42,010 nucleotides of DNA from an uncultured Clostridia bacterium. GTDB taxonomy: Bacteria > Bacillota > Clostridia > TANB77 > CAG-508. Below are positions 1 through 8,550 of the stretch, in pieces. A program made the position numbers and the translations under genes. Location: contig CALXVN010000001.1 in NCBI GenBank assembly GCA_944392085.1, positions 1-42,010 on the forward strand, read 5' to 3'. The notes beneath the pieces were generated by a model. It ran no database searches. It had not been told where the DNA came from and was given only the letters and a program-made list of their open reading frames with translations. How positions within the stretch are numbered: position 1 is the stretch's first letter; every line of letters starts with the position of its first letter.

Positions 1-38
1 AAATTATTGTGTTAATATATAATGGTAAGCATAAATAT

Positions 39-113
39 TGGGGTATCGCCAAGCGGTAAGGCATCGGACTCTGACTCCGACATTCCTGTGTTCGAATCAC
101 AGTACCCCAGCCA
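39..113 (+). tRNA. tRNA-Gln (anticodon CUG), CCA encoded
   Basis: Cloverleaf readable by eye: acceptor TGGGGTA/TACCCCA, anticodon stem TCGGA/TCCGA around 7-nt loop CTCTGAC (CUG), T arm CTGTG-TTCGAAT-CACAG, discriminator G then CCA. Layout matches bacterial tRNA-Gln. Confidence 0.93.
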
Positions 114-171
114 ATTAAACTTTATATGAATACAAATAAATAATACCAATAAAAATTATAGGAGTAAAATT

Positions 172-312
172 ATGATAGTTGATAAAAAAGGAAATTTATT
201 TGAAAATAGAAGAAAAAATAAAGAAGATAGAAGAAAAGTTGAAATAGATAAAACAGGAGGAAGGAGAAAAGAAGATAGAAGAAAAGAGGAAAATAAGATA
301 ACGCATAAGTAG
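172..312 (+). CDS. 46-aa highly basic peptide with repeated (K/E)EDRRK motif (MIVDKKGNLFENRRKNKEDRRKVEIDKTGGRRKEDRRKEENKITHK); not in ORF track
   Basis: ATG at 172 lies 7 nt after AGGAG (160-164). TAG is at 310-312 and is followed by the 29-bp-arm palindrome at 332-389. No homology could be checked. Confidence 0.4.
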   Translation: MIVDKKGNLFENRRKNKEDRRKVEIDKTGGRRKEDRRKEENKITHK

Positions 313-331
313 AAAAAATATAGTATGAAAC

Positions 332-389
332 ACAACAATACCCTAAAAAGGAAATATTATATAATATTTCCTTTTTAGGGTATTGTTGT
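332..389 (+). terminator. Perfect 29-bp-arm palindrome (ACAACAATACCCTAAAAAGGAAATATTAT / ATAATATTTCCTTTTTAGGGTATTGTTGT), probable terminator of the small + strand ORF
   Basis: Positions 332-360 are the exact reverse complement of 361-389. Confidence 0.6.
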
Positions 390-435
390 CTAATGTTGAA
401 TAGAAAAAAATGAAGATGTTTGATTAGACAACAAT
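382..435 (-). terminator. Second hairpin (ATTGTTGTCTAAT ... ATTAGACAACAAT) sharing 8 nt with the first; probable ylbJ terminator
   Basis: 13-bp perfect arms at 382-394 and 423-435. Lies 38 nt downstream of the ylbJ stop on the minus strand. Confidence 0.45.
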
Positions 436-472
436 CAAATATGAAAGGATATCAAAAACATTTTAAAATTTT

Positions 473-1690
473 CTAAATATTAAAATTAATTTTTAATATT
501 TTTTTAAAAATATTAAAAAAAACAAAAACAATGGATATAGCAATTACAAATATTCCAAAATCATAAAAAAATGAATAAAAAGAATTGCTTGAACTATTTA
601 ATACTTCAATACTGCTAGCATTTATATTAGATGCTTCTATAATATCTAAATTAATAAAAGGAATAAATTTTAAAGCTAAAAAAGTATAAATACTAGCGAT
701 AATACCTTGTAATAATTTTCCCCAAAAATATTTTTTCATAGATAAATCAGTTTTAGCTACGATGCTAAACACTTGAAGTAAAACAGAAAAACCACCAAAA
801 CCAAGTAAAAATGCACAAAGTACTATGTTTTGTGAAATAGCCTTTATATGAATAGTACTAACAGATTTAACACCATTTGTAAGTTCTATAATTCCAGAAA
901 GTAGTGGCTTAGAAAAATTTAAATCAAAACCTAAAAGACTAAGTATAGGATTTAAAAAACTACTTAAGAAATCTAAAGCATATGTGCTATTTAAAATAGA
1001 AATAATTACTGAGAAAATAACTACAAAACCACCTATCAAAAGAATTGTAGAAATTGCATTATTTATACTATTTCCTAAAACTTCACCAAGATTTTTTAAT
1101 GAAACGTTATTGTTTTGTACAATAGAATTATTAGATTGATAGTTAAATTCATTGATTGATTTATTAGAAAATCTACCTAAAATAATACCAACTGTAATAC
1201 AAGATAATACATGTGTGCATAAAAGTAAAAGACCAGTTTTTGTATCTCCAAATAAACTTATTCCCACACTACTTAATATAAAAAGAGGTCCAGAATTATT
1301 AGTAAAAGCAAGAAGGCGTTCACCTTCCTCTTTAGTAACTAAGTTTTTTTCACGAAAATCAGCAATTATTTTTGCACCCACAGGATATCCGCTAATAAGC
1401 CCCATAATAAAAGCAAAGCTTCCAATTCCAGAAACATTAAAAAGCGGTTTCATGAATTTATCTAAAATCCTTCCAAGAATTGTAACTACTTTTGTATAAG
1501 AAAGAAGATTTGTAATAACAAAAAAAGGAAAAAGAGAAGGAGCTACACAAGTAGCCCACAAAGTAAGTCCATTACTTGCAGCAGAAAGATTTGTTTTAGA
1601 GAATATAACTAGACAAATCGCAATAATTACAAAGAAGAAAGGTAAAAGATTTCTTTTAAAAGATATAATAAAAAATTTCATAAACTTCAC
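473..1690 (-). CDS. ylbJ: Sporulation integral membrane protein YlbJ-like (two nucleoside-recognition/Gate-type repeats)
   Basis: 405-aa polytopic membrane ORF. Segments such as NGLTLWATCVAPSLFPFFV and TNNSGPLFILSSVG resemble the YlbJ family as I recall it. Confidence 0.72.
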   Translation of the reverse strand: MKFMKFFIISFKRNLLPFFFVIIAICLVIFSKTNLSAASNGLTLWATCVAPSLFPFFVITNLLSYTKVVTILGRILDKFMKPLFNVSGIGSFAFIMGLISGYPVGAKIIADFREKNLVTKEEGERLLAFTNNSGPLFILSSVGISLFGDTKTGLLLLCTHVLSCITVGIILGRFSNKSINEFNYQSNNSIVQNNNVSLKNLGEVLGNSINNAISTILLIGGFVVIFSVIISILNSTYALDFLSSFLNPILSLLGFDLNFSKPLLSGIIELTNGVKSVSTIHIKAISQNIVLCAFLLGFGGFSVLLQVFSIVAKTDLSMKKYFWGKLLQGIIASIYTFLALKFIPFINLDIIEASNINASSIEVLNSSSNSFYSFFYDFGIFVIAISIVFVFFNIFKKILKINFNI

Positions 1691-1725
1691 CTAATAATAA
1701 ATATGCAGAAGAAATAAAATAATGA

Positions 1726-1907
1726 TTTTGTCGCGTTAGGGACAGGCATTTTCGAGCCATTAAAAAATAAATTTGATAAGATGAAAAAGATATGAATAAA
1801 AAGTACAAATTTTTCCATAATAAATTAATGAAATTAAATATTTTAGTTAAAATATGTTAAAAATAAGAAATATGTGGTATAATTCGAGTGTCCCTATCGC
1901 GACAAAA
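1726..1907. repeat. MITE-like unit: 19-bp terminal inverted repeats (TTTTGTCGCGTTAGGGACA ... TGTCCCTATCGCGACAAAA, 18/19) around a 144-bp AT-rich core that carries the apparent mgtA promoter
   Basis: Left arm 1726-1744, right arm 1889-1907. The arm sequence recurs at 17115-17182 and 20014-20047. Confidence 0.55.
1855..1883 (+). promoter_or_regulatory. Putative sigma-A promoter of mgtA (TGTTAA -17- TGgTATAAT)
   Basis: Extended -10 TGGTATAAT ends at 1883. The weak -35 TGTTAA is at 1855-1860. Confidence 0.45.
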
Positions 1908-1927
1908 CGAAAGAAGGTATGATATTT

Positions 1928-4501
1928 ATGTACGATAAAGAATGTACAAGCAGTGTAGAAGAATTTATTAAGGAGAATAATTTTAATAAAAGAGGATTAA
2001 CAACAACTGAAGCAAGAAATAATTTGATAAAGTATGGTAAAAATGTGATGAAACAAAAGAAACCAAAACAATGGTACAATTATTTGTTTGAAAGTTTGTT
2101 TAGTACGTTTAATTTAATTTTATTAGGTATTGTTATTGTTTTATTTTATACAGATGTTATTTTATCTGAGCCACCAAGTTATGCAAATATTATAGTTATT
2201 TTAATTTTGATATTGGCAAGTACTATGCTTGAATTTTTTGAAGTGTATAGGTCTAATAAAGCAGCAGAAAAATTAAAAAATTTAGTTTCAGTTAAAACTA
2301 CTGTTATAAGAAATGGAAAAGTTACAAAGGTACCATCTTTTAATGTTACTATAGGAGATGTGGTAGTATTATCTGCAGGAGATTTAATACCAGCGGATTT
2401 AAGAATAATTGAAGCTAAGGATTTATATGTAGTGCAATCTTCTTTAACTGGTGAGAGTGATTCAGTAAAAAAAGTTGCTGAGTCTGAACAAAATGGAAAG
2501 ATAGAAGATATAACAGATTTAGATACAATTTGTTTTATGGGGACAAATGTAATGAGTGGGTCTGCTAAAGGAATTGTATTTAAAGTAGGTGATGACACAT
2601 ATTTTGGAAAAATTGCAGATAATATTACAGATGAAAAACCAAAAACTTCTTTCCAACAAGGAATAGAAAATGTTAGTAAATTGTTAATAAAATTTATGGC
2701 GGTTCTAATACCAATAACTTTTATAGCAAATGCTGCAAAGCATGGAACTATTACTGCTTTTACTTTTGCAGTTGCTATTGCTATAGGTATAACACCACTG
2801 CTATTGCCAGTAATACTTTCATCTAGTTTAGCAAAAGGTGCAACTAGAATGTCCAAGAAAAAAACTATTGTAAAAAAGTTAGACAGTATTCAAAGTTTTG
2901 GTGCAATGAATATTTTATGTACAGATAAAACAGGAACTCTTACAGAGGATAAAATTGTTCTTGAAAAATATTTGGACATAAAAGGAGAGGAAGATACAAG
3001 AGTATTAAAACATGCATTTTTAAATTCATATTTTCAAACAGGACTAAAGGGAAATATAGATGAAGCGGTTATTGCAAGAACAGCTAAGACTGAACTAAAG
3101 GGAATAGAAGAAAATTATGAAAAGATAGATGAGATACCATTTGATTTTTCAAGAAGAAGATTATCTGTGGTAGTATCAGATGGAAAAAAGAATCAATTAA
3201 TTACAAAGGGCGCAGTAGAAGAAATATTAAGTATTTGTACATTGGTTGACTATAAAGGTGAAGTTTCAGAAATAACAAAAGAAATAAAACAAAATATATT
3301 GAAAATAACAAAAGAATTAAACAAGGAAGGGCTAAGAGTTGTTGCAGTTTGTCAAAAAAATGACATAGAAGGAATAACAAGTTTTTCTGTTAAAGATGAA
3401 TGTAAAATGGTACTTATGGGATTTATAGGATTTTTAGATCCACCAAAAGAAAGTGCCAAAGATGCAATAGCAAGGTTAAATAAAGATGGAATAAGGGTTA
3501 TAGTTTTAACTGGAGATAATGAATACGTAACAAAAGCAATATGCGAGAAGGTAAATATAAATACAGATAAAATTATATTAGGAAGCAAAATAGAAAAATT
3601 ATCAGATACAGCATTAAAAAGACATTTAAAGAAAACTAATGTTTATGCAAAGCTTTCTCCTATACAAAAAGCAAGAATTGTAAGAGTGCTAAAAGAAGCA
3701 GGTAATGTAGTAGGCTATATGGGAGATGGAATTAATGATGCACCATCAATGCACAATGCAGAAGTTGGAATTTCAGTAGATACAGCTGTTGATATAACAA
3801 AGGAAACAGCAGACATAATACTTCTTGAAAAGGATTTAGATGTTTTAACAGATGGTGTAATTGAAGGTAGAAAGACATTTGGAAATCTTTTAAAATATAT
3901 AAAAATGGCTGTAAGCTTTAATTTTGGAGAAGTTTTATCTGTATTAATTGCAAGTGTGCTATTACCATTTTTCCCTATTACACCAATACAGTTACTAGTG
4001 CAAAGTTTAATATATGATATTGGCCAACTATCTATTCCATATGATAATGTAGATAAAGAATATCTAGAAAAGCCAAGGGTATGGAATATAAAAAGTTTAA
4101 AAAGGTTTATGCTATATATGGGACCTACAAGCTCAATATTTGATTTAATAGTATTTGCTTCATTATGGTTTGTTTTTGGTTTGAGAATGCCAGATGCTGC
4201 ATTATTTCAATCAATATGGTTTTCATATGGTGTTGTTTCAAATTTAGTAGGATTACACATAATAAGAACTTCTAAAACACCATTTATACAAAGTAATGCA
4301 TCAAAAGCAGTCTATGCTACTTCAATAATTTTAAGCATAGTTGCAATAGCAATACCATTTACTTTTATAGGAAGATATATAGGATTAACAGCAATACCAT
4401 TTAAATATTTTAGTGTAATTTTATGCGTGCCTATTTTATATTGTTTCTTAGCAAGTTTGGTAAAAAGAAGATATATTAAGAAATATGGCGAATGGGTATA
4501 G
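1928..4501 (+). CDS. mgtA: Mg2+-importing P-type ATPase (MgtA/MgtB type)
   Basis: TGES, phosphorylation motif CTDKTGTLT, MGDGINDAPS hinge, about 860 aa with 10 TM-like segments. ATG at 1928 has better spacing to GAAAGAAGG than ATG at 1919. Confidence 0.9.
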   Translation: MYDKECTSSVEEFIKENNFNKRGLTTTEARNNLIKYGKNVMKQKKPKQWYNYLFESLFSTFNLILLGIVIVLFYTDVILSEPPSYANIIVILILILASTMLEFFEVYRSNKAAEKLKNLVSVKTTVIRNGKVTKVPSFNVTIGDVVVLSAGDLIPADLRIIEAKDLYVVQSSLTGESDSVKKVAESEQNGKIEDITDLDTICFMGTNVMSGSAKGIVFKVGDDTYFGKIADNITDEKPKTSFQQGIENVSKLLIKFMAVLIPITFIANAAKHGTITAFTFAVAIAIGITPLLLPVILSSSLAKGATRMSKKKTIVKKLDSIQSFGAMNILCTDKTGTLTEDKIVLEKYLDIKGEEDTRVLKHAFLNSYFQTGLKGNIDEAVIARTAKTELKGIEENYEKIDEIPFDFSRRRLSVVVSDGKKNQLITKGAVEEILSICTLVDYKGEVSEITKEIKQNILKITKELNKEGLRVVAVCQKNDIEGITSFSVKDECKMVLMGFIGFLDPPKESAKDAIARLNKDGIRVIVLTGDNEYVTKAICEKVNINTDKIILGSKIEKLSDTALKRHLKKTNVYAKLSPIQKARIVRVLKEAGNVVGYMGDGINDAPSMHNAEVGISVDTAVDITKETADIILLEKDLDVLTDGVIEGRKTFGNLLKYIKMAVSFNFGEVLSVLIASVLLPFFPITPIQLLVQSLIYDIGQLSIPYDNVDKEYLEKPRVWNIKSLKRFMLYMGPTSSIFDLIVFASLWFVFGLRMPDAALFQSIWFSYGVVSNLVGLHIIRTSKTPFIQSNASKAVYATSIILSIVAIAIPFTFIGRYIGLTAIPFKYFSVILCVPILYCFLASLVKRRYIKKYGEWV

Positions 4502-4517
4502 ATTGACCAATATTATG

Positions 4518-4546
4518 TTGACTTCAACAAGAAAATGTGATAATAT
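4518..4546 (+). promoter_or_regulatory. Near-consensus promoter TTGACT -17- TAATAT with TGn extension
   Basis: TTGACT at 4518-4523, TG at 4538-4539, TAATAT at 4541-4546, about 30 nt upstream of the small ORF. Confidence 0.6.
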
Positions 4547-4577
4547 ATATATATCAACCTAAAAGGGAGGATTAATT

Positions 4578-4754
4578 ATGGCTTTGTCTGATTGCGAAAA
4601 ATGCTGGGATACCCCTTGCACATGTGGATGGGGATATCGAGATTATTCCGATATGGAATTTGCAGAGTTTATTGCGAATATACTCTCATACAGAGAAAAC
4701 AAAATTGGAATTTTAGAAGAAGCCAAAAAAATCATTATTAAGAAATCAGAATAA
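4578..4754 (+). CDS. 58-aa protein with N-terminal CxxCx4CxC knuckle (MALSDCEKCWDTPCTCGWGYRDYSDMEFAEFIANILSYRENKIGILEEAKKIIIKKSE); not in ORF track
   Basis: AAAGGGAGG lies 8 nt upstream of the ATG. The ORF has its own promoter and a strong terminator directly downstream. Confidence 0.7.
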   Translation: MALSDCEKCWDTPCTCGWGYRDYSDMEFAEFIANILSYRENKIGILEEAKKIIIKKSE

Positions 4755-4759
4755 TGATT

Positions 4760-4787
4760 TCCCCATTCTAGTTCGATAGAATGGGGA
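4760..4787 (+). terminator. Rho-independent terminator (TCCCCATTCTA-GTTCGA-TAGAATGGGGA + TTTATT)
   Basis: 11-bp perfect stem, 6-nt loop, T-rich tail. Confidence 0.8.
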
Positions 4788-4854
4788 TTTATTAATTAAA
4801 AAAATAAATAAAATCATCTGGAAATAGTAAACTTTATATAATAAGAGCAACTTT

Positions 4855-5565
4855 TCAAATACTCTCTAAAGCAAGTTTTATCATATCATTTAATGAACGT
4901 TCTCTTTCTTCAGAAGTACTTTCTTGATTTTTGTAATGAGAATCAACTACTGTCAGCAAACAAGCAGCTTTTTTATTAAAATATTTGGCCATGTAAAATA
5001 AAGCAAAAGCTTCCATTTCGCAAGCTATGATATTTAAGTCTTTTGGAAATCTAGATATGAAAGCTTCAATATTATCTAAATACCCATCAAAACAGTCATT
5101 ACACAAGGTATTTCCTTTGATATATGATATACCAATTTTTTTTGCAGTTTCTTCTAATTTTGAATTTAATTCATTATCAGCCTCGGCGATATGGCACTCT
5201 TTCTCGCTCCATTCGTAAGCAAAATTTCCTTCTGTATAACTTTTATCAACTAAAATCGTATCAAATAAGTTTAAATCTTCATTATATGCTCCACAAGAAC
5301 CAATTCTAATAATTTTTTCAACATCATAGAATTTAAATAATTCATAAGAATAAATTCCCATACTAGGCATTCCCATTCCAGAAGAAAATACAGTAACTTC
5401 TTTTCCTTTATATGTTCCAGTATATGCAAGCATATTTCTAACTGTATTTACGAGTGTAGCATCTTCTAAAAAGTTTTCTGCAATATATTTTGCTCTTAAT
5501 GGATCTCCTGGCATAAGTACAGTTTTCTTAATATCTTCTTTTTTCGCATTACAATGTATAGACAT
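4855..5565 (-). CDS. deoD: Purine nucleoside phosphorylase, DeoD type
   Basis: 236 aa. VLMPGDPLRAKYIAENFL, SSGMGMPSMGIYSYELF and ACEMEAFALF are typical of hexameric DeoD PNPs. Confidence 0.9.
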   Translation of the reverse strand: MSIHCNAKKEDIKKTVLMPGDPLRAKYIAENFLEDATLVNTVRNMLAYTGTYKGKEVTVFSSGMGMPSMGIYSYELFKFYDVEKIIRIGSCGAYNEDLNLFDTILVDKSYTEGNFAYEWSEKECHIAEADNELNSKLEETAKKIGISYIKGNTLCNDCFDGYLDNIEAFISRFPKDLNIIACEMEAFALFYMAKYFNKKAACLLTVVDSHYKNQESTSEERERSLNDMIKLALESI

Positions 5566-5669
5566 AAATTACCTCCTTTTTTATTTATATTGTATATACT
5601 ATACCTTTGTTTAATTAAATTGGATTAATATATTTATTAGTTGAAATAATAAAATTATCTGCATAAAAA

Positions 5670-7398
5670 TTAACTGTTTTTTAAAATCAATTTCAATTCT
5701 TCATGTCTTTTTACTTTTTGAGTTGTTGTTTTTATTAAAGGTTTATCTGTTAAAATTATTTCTCTTATATATTTATAGGCAGGCATTTTATGATTTACAT
5801 TTTCTTTTATATCATTCCATACTAAATTTAATAAATCCTCATTAGAAATATTAGGGTGAGTTTCATCTAACATATCTTTGTTATATACAATTTTAGCACT
5901 TATTTTGTAATCTCCATCTTCACAAGGTCTACCAAAAACCATGCTTTCAGAAACATAAGCTAGTTTGTTTATTAAAATTTCAAGTTCTTCAGGGAAAATG
6001 TTTTTTCCATTTTTTAATACAATAACATCTTTTTTTCTACCTGTAACAAATAAAAAACCGTCTTTATCAAAATAACCTAAATCACCAGTATAGAACCAAT
6101 TATCTTTAAGAACTTCTTTTGTTGCATTTTCATTTTCAACATATCCTATCATTACAGTAGGAGCTTTTACGGCAATTTCACCTATACCTTCTTCATTAGG
6201 ATTATCAATTTTTACAGTAATTCCTGGTAAAGGAAAGCCAACAGAACCGCATCTTTTAAATTTATCATTTTCACCAGCTACAACAGGTGAAGTCTCTGTA
6301 AGACCATAACCTTGAAGTAAGTTAATGCCTAAATCTAAAAATCCTTGAATAGCTTCTTTGCCCATAGCAGCACCACCAGCAATAAGTATTCTAAGTTTTC
6401 CACCTAAATTATCAAGAATTTCTTTAAATACTTTTCTTCTAATATCTATACCAACATGTAATAATCCATTACATATTTTTGACATATTTTTTACTAATTT
6501 TGTTTTACCTTTTTCTTCAATGCCTTTCATTATTTTTTTATACATAATTTCAAGCATTAGAGGAACACAAACAAATCCTGTAACCTTAAATTCAGCTAAG
6601 TTTTTTTGTACATATTTTATTCCATCACAAAAAGCAACTGTTATACCAGAAAAAGTTCCATAAAGGAAAGTACAAGTTGATTCAAATGTATGGTGCAAAG
6701 GTAGAAAAGAAAGAAAGGTATCTTCTTTTCTAATATCAGTCATTTGCGCTAAAGAGTAAATATCTTCGCAAATATTTGATTGTGATAATGCTACAGCTTT
6801 TGAAATTGATGTGGTTCCAGAAGTAAAAAGCATGATAGACATTTCTTTGTTATTAATTTCAACATTATCATAATTATTATAACCTTGAGATAATAATAAA
6901 TTTCCTTTTTCAAGTAAACTTGAGTAAGTTATAAATTTATCTGAATTATCCATACAAATATAAAATGAAATATCAGAATTTTTTTTATCAGCAATTTTTT
7001 GAAAAACTTCATTATAATGTTCATCAAAAATAACAGCTTCTGCCTTACTTCTAATAATTAAATCTTCTATCTCATTATTTGGGAGCGATTTATCAAGTGG
7101 AACTACAACCATATCAGAAGTAGTTATTGCAAGATAACTTACGCACCATTCATACCTATTTGGTGCAATTATTGCAATTCTTTTTTTTGATAAACCAAGA
7201 TTTATAAGTGCAGTACCTAAAGCTTTAATATCTTTTACAAATTGATTATATGTAATTTTTATATGTTCTTTAGAACCGAGGATTTTCTTTATATTCAAAA
7301 GCAATTTCATTAGGATATAAAGAAGAATATCTAGCAACTAAATCTCTAAAATCCTGCATTTTAGTAGCATCGTATAGCTTACTTTTATATTTACTCAT
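5670..7398 (-). CDS. Long-chain acyl-CoA ligase (AMP-binding family), interrupted: first 40 codons are in another frame, junction CCT-CGG-TTC-TAA
   Basis: Motifs LFTSGTTSISKAV, YGLTET and GDLGYFDKDGFLFVTGRKKD. ATG at 7398 has RBS AGGGAG and encodes MSKYKSKLYDATKMQDFRDLVARYSSLYPNEIAFEYKENP. The +1 frame continues GSKEHIKITYNQF. Confidence 0.85.
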
Positions 7399-7577
7399 AT
7401 AAGACACACTCCCTAAAAAATGATATAATATATTTTATAATAATAATTGTAATTATTCAAGTAATTTAGAAATTTTTAAAAATATGTTCTAAATATAGAT
7501 AATTATTAAACTGTATAAAGAACTACTGAAAAATATGTTTCATTTTATCAATGTAACTTCACCTTACATACAAAAAG

Positions 7578-7605
7578 AGGGAGTCCTATTTTAGTAGGAC
7601 TCCCT
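7578..7605 (-). terminator. Hairpin terminator AGGGAGTCCTA-TTTTAG-TAGGACTCCCT flanked by an A-run and a T-run
   Basis: 11-bp perfect GC-rich stem, 20 nt downstream of the 79-aa ORF stop. Confidence 0.85.
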
Positions 7606-7625
7606 TTTTTTGTAGGAAGGTAAAA

Positions 7626-7865
7626 TTATTTTACTCGAACTCCACAGAGTTCAGCAGACTTCTGCTCAAGGTACTCGAGCAGCATAAGATCATATGTCAT
7701 GCTACCCGTACCAGTTACAAGTACTCTGGTCTTATCAACAACCCCGTTATTTTGGGGGTGCTGAAAATGTGCGGATGCAAACTCGGAAGAACCGGCCTTG
7801 AGAAAACTTGCAGAGGAACTAGCGGTAGGGAACTCAAAGGAAAAAACTTTGTTCTGATTGGACAT
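7626..7865 (-). CDS. 79-aa hypothetical protein, compositional outlier (GC-rich codons)
   Basis: RBS GGAAGGAGGA lies 7-8 nt upstream of the ATG. It has its own consensus promoter and terminator. Many C/G-ending codons (TCC, CAG, AAC, TTC, ACC, CTC, GCC, CCC, GGG, CTG) are unlike the neighbouring genes. Confidence 0.75.
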   Translation of the reverse strand: MSNQNKVFSFEFPTASSSASFLKAGSSEFASAHFQHPQNNGVVDKTRVLVTGTGSMTYDLMLLEYLEQKSAELCGVRVK

Positions 7866-7918
7866 AAATATGTCCTCCTTCCAATAAAATGTTATTCATC
7901 GAGTAGATGAATATATTT

Positions 7919-7947
7919 ATTATACCAAAAAAACATAAAAAGGTCAA
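7919..7947 (-). promoter_or_regulatory. Consensus sigma-A promoter TTGACC -17- TATAAT for the 79-aa ORF
   Basis: On the minus strand, TTGACC is the complement of 7942-7947 and TATAAT the complement of 7919-7924. The spacer is exactly 17 nt. Confidence 0.7.
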
Positions 7948-7953
7948 CATAAT

Positions 7954-8535
7954 TCATAGATATTTCTCTATTTCTTTCCATACATTATCGGTATAAATCT
8001 TCCTTTCAGAAGAATAAGGTAAAAAAGTAAGGTCTTTTAGTGGATTTAATTCATTTTGTAAATTTTCTACATAAGAATTTACTTTTGTAACAGCAATTTT
8101 ATCCGCTTTATTTGTAATGATAATACAAGGCTTATTACTATCTATAATATAACGATACATAAGTCTATCGTTTTCAGTAGGAGAATGTCTTATATCAATT
8201 AAAAAAATTATTAAAGCAATATTTTTACTTTTAGATAAATATTCCTCTATAAAATTACCTACTTTAACTTGTTCTTGTTTAGACATTTTGCTATATCCAT
8301 AACCTGGTAAATCAACAAAATAAAATTTATCATCCATACTATAGAAATTAATTTGTCTAGTTTTACCAGGTTCACTACTAGTTCTTGCAAGTTTTTTTCG
8401 ATTAACCATAGTATTTATAAAAGAAGATTTACCTACATTTGATTTACCAACCAATACAATTTGTGGAAGTCCATCACTAGGGTATTGTTTTGGACTTACT
8501 GCTGAAATTTTAAAATCTGGATTTTTTATTATCAT
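7954..8535 (-). CDS. engB: Ribosome-biogenesis GTPase YsxC/EngB
   Basis: G1 GKSNVGKSSFIN, G3 DLPGYG, G4 TNKADK, 193 aa. Confidence 0.92.
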   Translation of the reverse strand: MIIKNPDFKISAVSPKQYPSDGLPQIVLVGKSNVGKSSFINTMVNRKKLARTSSEPGKTRQINFYSMDDKFYFVDLPGYGYSKMSKQEQVKVGNFIEEYLSKSKNIALIIFLIDIRHSPTENDRLMYRYIIDSNKPCIIITNKADKIAVTKVNSYVENLQNELNPLKDLTFLPYSSERKIYTDNVWKEIEKYL

Positions 8536-8550
8536 TTTTACTCCTTTTTA

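Noticed and set aside
156-338. 60-aa minus-strand ORF from the track (MLCFILYFFYLCVILFSS...)
   Set aside because: It is a low-complexity Phe/Leu/Ser peptide with no RBS. It is antisense to a + strand ORF that has an RBS and a terminator, so it is probably an artefact of the A/G-rich coding strand.
1691-1927. Looked for an M-box (Mg2+) riboswitch upstream of mgtA
   Set aside because: No M-box-like conserved core is visible. The region is an AT-rich spacer bounded by the inverted repeats described above.
7575-7912. GC-rich segment considered as a structured non-coding RNA (SRP RNA, 6S, tmRNA, RNase P)
   Set aside because: None of the signature motifs of those RNAs is present. An uninterrupted 79-codon ORF with an excellent RBS explains the transcript.
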